Shown here one piece after another: positions 60,668-64,000 of a stretch of DNA of 64,000 nt. Position 1 is the stretch's first letter; every line of letters starts with the position of its first letter. The stretch covers positions 32,001-96,000 of the forward strand of contig CAWBAN010000001.1 in the NCBI GenBank assembly GCA_963786935.1, in the 5' to 3' direction. Below the pieces are notes generated by a model. That model was not told where the DNA came from. It made no database searches and saw only the letters and a list, made by a program, of their open reading frames with translations. A program made the translations under genes and the position numbers. The stretch is from an uncultured bacterium. GTDB lineage: Bacteria; Krumholzibacteriota; Krumholzibacteriia; Krumholzibacteriales; Krumholzibacteriaceae.

Positions 60668-62106
60668 ACAGCGTGAAGCTCAAGGAAGCGTGCGCGGTAT
60701 TCGGGATCTACGGTTCGGAGGAAGCCGCGCAGCTGACGTACCTCGGACTCTACGCGCTCCAGCACCGCGGGCAGGAGGCTTCCGGGATCGTCACGTCGGA
60801 CCGCGGGCTCATCCGCGAGCACCGCGACATGGGGCTCGTCTCGAAGGTCTACGACAGGGAAATCCTTTCGAAGCTCGCGGGATCGATGGCGATCGGGCAC
60901 AACCGCTACTCGACGATGGGGCTCTCGAGCATGGCGAACATCCAGCCGCTCCTCGTCGACTGCAAGATCGGCAAGATCGCCGTCGGGCATAACGGGAACC
61001 TCGTGAACGCCGTGGATCTGCGCCGGGGAATGGAAGCGGACGGCTCGATCTTCCGGAGCACGACCGACAGCGAGGTCATCCTTCACCTCATCGCGCGCAG
61101 CCGCGCCTCCGCGATCGAGGATATGATCGCCGAAGCGCTCCGCACGGTGCAGGGCGCCTTCTCGCTCGTGTTTCTCACGAAGGACAAGGTGATCGCGGCG
61201 CGCGACACGCGCGGCTTCCGCCCGCTCTGTCTCGGACGGCTCGGCGGCGCCTATGTCTTCGCCTCGGAGAGCTGCGCGTTCGACATCATCGGCGCCGAGT
61301 ATCTCCGGGAGATCGCGCCGGGCGAGCTCTGCGTCCTCGGCCCCGGCGGGCCGCAGTTCCTGCGCTTCGCGGAGCCCGAGCAGCGCCTCATGCGCTGCAT
61401 CTTCGAGTTCATCTACTTCTCGCGCCCCGACAGCAAGGTGTTCGGCGAGAACGTCGACAAGGTGCGCCGCAAGCTCGGCAGGCGCCTCGCGCTCGAGTCG
61501 GCCGTCGACGCGGACATGGTGATCGCGGTGCCCGATTCGAGCAACACGATCGCGCTCGGCTACGCGGAGCAGTCGAAGATCCCCTTCGAGCTCGGTTTGA
61601 TCAGGAACCACTACGTCGGACGCACCTTCATCCAGCCGCGCCAGGCCGTGCGCGACGGGGACGTGCGGATCAAGTTCAACCCGGTCCGCGGCGTCCTCAA
61701 GGGGAAGCGCATCGTGCTCGTCGACGATTCGATCGTCCGCGGCTCGACGATGAAGAAGCTCATTACGATGCTGCGCGAGGTCGGCGTCGAGAAAATCAAT
61801 CTGCGGATCGGCTCCCCGCCCATCACGCATTCGTGCTACTACGGAATCGACACGCCGACGCGCGGCGAGCTCATCGCCTCGAGCCACTCGGCGAGCCAGA
61901 TTCAGGAGTATCTCGGCGTCGACAGCCTCCACTACCTCTCGACGGAGGGGCTGCTCTCGTGCGTCGAGGATCCCGACAACTACTGCGTCGCATGCTTCAC
62001 CGGCGCCTATCCGGTCATGCCCGACGGATGTCTGCACAAGGACGTCTTCGAGGACCGCACCGGGTGCGTCGACGGCTTCGGCGTGCGGGAGGATGTGGAC
62101 CGTTGA
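60664..62106 (+). CDS. purF: amidophosphoribosyltransferase
   Basis: KEACAVFG (catalytic Cys), LQHRGQE, GHNRYST, HNGNL, C.FE.IYF.RPDS, VDDSIVRG, YCVACF. Confidence 0.95.
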   Translation: MNSVKLKEACAVFGIYGSEEAAQLTYLGLYALQHRGQEASGIVTSDRGLIREHRDMGLVSKVYDREILSKLAGSMAIGHNRYSTMGLSSMANIQPLLVDCKIGKIAVGHNGNLVNAVDLRRGMEADGSIFRSTTDSEVILHLIARSRASAIEDMIAEALRTVQGAFSLVFLTKDKVIAARDTRGFRPLCLGRLGGAYVFASESCAFDIIGAEYLREIAPGELCVLGPGGPQFLRFAEPEQRLMRCIFEFIYFSRPDSKVFGENVDKVRRKLGRRLALESAVDADMVIAVPDSSNTIALGYAEQSKIPFELGLIRNHYVGRTFIQPRQAVRDGDVRIKFNPVRGVLKGKRIVLVDDSIVRGSTMKKLITMLREVGVEKINLRIGSPPITHSCYYGIDTPTRGELIASSHSASQIQEYLGVDSLHYLSTEGLLSCVEDPDNYCVACFTGAYPVMPDGCLHKDVFEDRTGCVDGFGVREDVDR

Positions 62107-64000
62107 GGACGGCGCTTCTCCCGCTCGTGCAGCGTCCCTCGCGGTACGCCGGCGGCGAGATGAACCTCTCGAACGAGGGCTTCGTCGAAGGGCGCTTCAA
62201 CGTGCTCCTCGTGTTCCCCGACGCCTACGAGATCGGCATGTCCCATCTGGGCATCCGGTTTCTCTACCACGCGCTCGCGGGGCTCGACGGCGTGGGCGTC
62301 GAGCTCGCCTTCGCGCCCTGGCCCGACGCGGCGGATCTCATGCGCGCGTGCGGCGAGCCGCTGCGGAGCCTGCAGACGGGCACGAGCGTGTCCCGCTTCG
62401 ACCTCGTGGGATTCTCCATCGGCTACGAGCTGCATTACACGAACGTTCTGATGATGCTCGGCCTCGCCGGCATCCCGCTCGAGGCGGCCGCGCGGCGCGA
62501 GGAGGATCCGATCGTCGTCGCCGGGGGACCGTGCTGCACGAATCCGCTCCCGTTCATCGCGGCGCTCGACGCGGTGTTTCTGGGCGACGGGGAGGATTCG
62601 CTCGCCGAGGCGGTCGCGGCGCTCGCGCGGTTCAAGGCGTCGCGCGCGGGGCGAAGCGCGAAGCGGGAGGCGCTCGCCGGCGTCGAGGGCGTGTACGTCG
62701 AGGGCGTCACGCCGTCCGTCACGGCGCGCACGCACCGGTTCGCCGACGGCGATCTGCCGCGGCGCCCGATCGTGCCCTCCGCGGAGGCCGTTCACGAGCG
62801 GCTCGCGATCGAGATCATGCGCGGCTGCTCGCGGGGCTGCCGCTTCTGCCACGCGGGTATGTTCTACCGGCCGTGCCGCGAGCGGAGCGTCGACGAGATC
62901 GTGTCGGCGGCGCTCGAAGGGCTCGCCGCGACGGGATGGGACGAGGTGTCGCTCCTCTCGCTCTCGACGTCGGACTACTCGCGGCTCGACGAGCTGCTGG
63001 CGCGGCTCGTCCCCGAGCTCGAGCGGCGGAAGGTGTCGCTCGCGCTCCCGAGCCTCAGGCCCGAGACGATCACGAGCGCGATCGTTTCGGCCTCGTCGAC
63101 CGTGGCGAAATCGGGCTTCACGCTCGCGCCCGAGGCGGGGACGGATCGGCTGCGCCGCGTCGTCAGGAAGGATTTCACCGAGGAGGAGATCATCCGCGGC
63201 GTTTCGAGGATCCTCGACGGCGGCTGGCAGACGCTCAAGCTCTACTTCATGATCGGGCTTCCGACCGAGACGGACGAGGATCTCGACGGTATCGCGGCGC
63301 TCGTCGAGCGGATCCTCGAGCTTCCGCGCCGGCAGGGGAGATTCAGCCTCGGCGTGTCGATCTCCCCGTTCGTGCCGAAGGCGCACACGCCGTTCCAGTG
63401 GGAGCGGCAGTGCTCGCTCGAGGAGTTCCGCGCGAAGGAGAGCTACCTCGACCGCCGCATCCGGAACCGCTTCGTCAACCTGAGCCTCCGCGACCCCTCG
63501 ATCAGCGTTCTCGAGGGCGTGCTCGCGCGCGGGGACCGGCGCCTCTGGCCCGCGCTGCGGCGCGCGCACGAGCTCGGGTGCCGCTTCGACGGGTGGACCG
63601 ACCACCTGCGGATGGATCTCTGGAACCGCTCGCTCGCCGAATGCGGGCTCGACGCCGCTGATTTCACCGCGGCGCGCCCCCTCGACGAGCCGCTCCCGTG
63701 GGACGCCTTCGAGCTGCACGCCTCGGGGAAGCTTCTCCGCGCCGAGCGCGACCGGGCATATGGCGCGGATGTTCCCCCTCCGAGCCCAGTCGCAGAGCCT
63801 CCAATGGGCTCGTTCGGGGGAACATCCGTGCCTGAGACAAGCTTGGTTGCGGGAGCTTCAGGGGACTCCTCCGCGGAAACGTCCGCGCCTGACGCAACTG
63901 AAGGGCTTGGCGCACTCGCGCACGAGCCCATTGGAGGCTCTGCGACTGGGCTCGCAGCGAGTGCGCCAAGCCCCCCTCAGGTGTTCCGGTATCGAGTCGT
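62103..64000 (+). CDS. TIGR03960-type B12-binding radical SAM protein, truncated by the window edge
   Basis: TTG after GGAGG, overlapping the purF stop; P.RY.GGE.N, FPD.YEIGMSHLG, RGCSRGCRFCHAG, APEAG, FVPK.HTPFQW; frame stays open to the end (..FRYRV). Confidence 0.88.
   Translation, partial: MRTALLPLVQRPSRYAGGEMNLSNEGFVEGRFNVLLVFPDAYEIGMSHLGIRFLYHALAGLDGVGVELAFAPWPDAADLMRACGEPLRSLQTGTSVSRFDLVGFSIGYELHYTNVLMMLGLAGIPLEAAARREEDPIVVAGGPCCTNPLPFIAALDAVFLGDGEDSLAEAVAALARFKASRAGRSAKREALAGVEGVYVEGVTPSVTARTHRFADGDLPRRPIVPSAEAVHERLAIEIMRGCSRGCRFCHAGMFYRPCRERSVDEIVSAALEGLAATGWDEVSLLSLSTSDYSRLDELLARLVPELERRKVSLALPSLRPETITSAIVSASSTVAKSGFTLAPEAGTDRLRRVVRKDFTEEEIIRGVSRILDGGWQTLKLYFMIGLPTETDEDLDGIAALVERILELPRRQGRFSLGVSISPFVPKAHTPFQWERQCSLEEFRAKESYLDRRIRNRFVNLSLRDPSISVLEGVLARGDRRLWPALRRAHELGCRFDGWTDHLRMDLWNRSLAECGLDAADFTAARPLDEPLPWDAFELHASGKLLRAERDRAYGADVPPPSPVAEPPMGSFGGTSVPETSLVAGASGDSSAETSAPDATEGLGALAHEPIGGSATGLAASAPSPPQVFRYRV
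63762..63832 (-). repeat. palindromic intragenic element, copy 2 (inverted)
   Basis: Core identical to copy 1 as reverse complement (63779-63815); 17-bp arms with one G-T pair. Confidence 0.9.
63903..63973 (+). repeat. palindromic intragenic element, copy 3
   Basis: Core 63920-63956 with 2 substitutions; perfect 17-bp arms GGGCTTGGCGCACTCGC / GCGAGTGCGCCAAGCCC. Confidence 0.9.

Noticed and set aside
62093..63661. 522-aa ORF from the track after purF
   Set aside because: Wrong frame; the rSAM motifs lie in the frame starting at 62103, which has no stop within the window
60313..63956. 37-nt repeat as a CRISPR direct repeat
   Set aside because: Copies are dispersed, in both orientations and intragenic, with complementary arms instead of spacers; no cas genes
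1..64000. Very frequent TCGA/CTCG words
   Set aside because: Explained by codon preference (CTC, GTC, ATC followed by GAN); not a localised feature

Overview
High-GC, diderm bacterial chromosome segment (lnt, lipoproteins and an outer-membrane beta-barrel are present). Gene content resembles uncultured FCB-related lineages such as Krumholzibacteriota/Latescibacterota, which is inference only. The first ~36 kb is an accessory and regulatory region. It holds five sigma54 enhancer-binding proteins (two TPR-fused, one GAF, one pseudo-receiver, one with an unrecognised N-terminus), several -24/-12 promoters, an AcuA/AcuC-like acetylation pair, a sugar-salvage cluster and an OPT importer with a stand-alone PqqD/RRE gene. 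It also holds an AT-richer block (about 21.5-27.8 kb) with a radical SAM/SPASM enzyme and partner protein, a frameshifted Ser/Thr kinase-STAND-TPR gene and an HFS-motif lipoprotein. The remainder is mostly housekeeping: lnt, AlaX, pcm, Lon-like protease, truA, tal, HtrA, purB-purL-purQ-purS-like-purF and a truncated TIGR03960-type radical SAM gene. The two most notable observations are (1) a small secreted propeptide-like gene directly upstream of a TPR-sigma54 activator, a candidate RRNPP-like peptide signalling system wired to sigma54, and (2) a ~72-bp palindromic element with a near-invariant 37-nt core and covarying arms, inserted in-frame three times inside protein-coding genes. Several small frameshifts could be assembly errors. 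No tRNA, rRNA, CRISPR array or transposase was seen.
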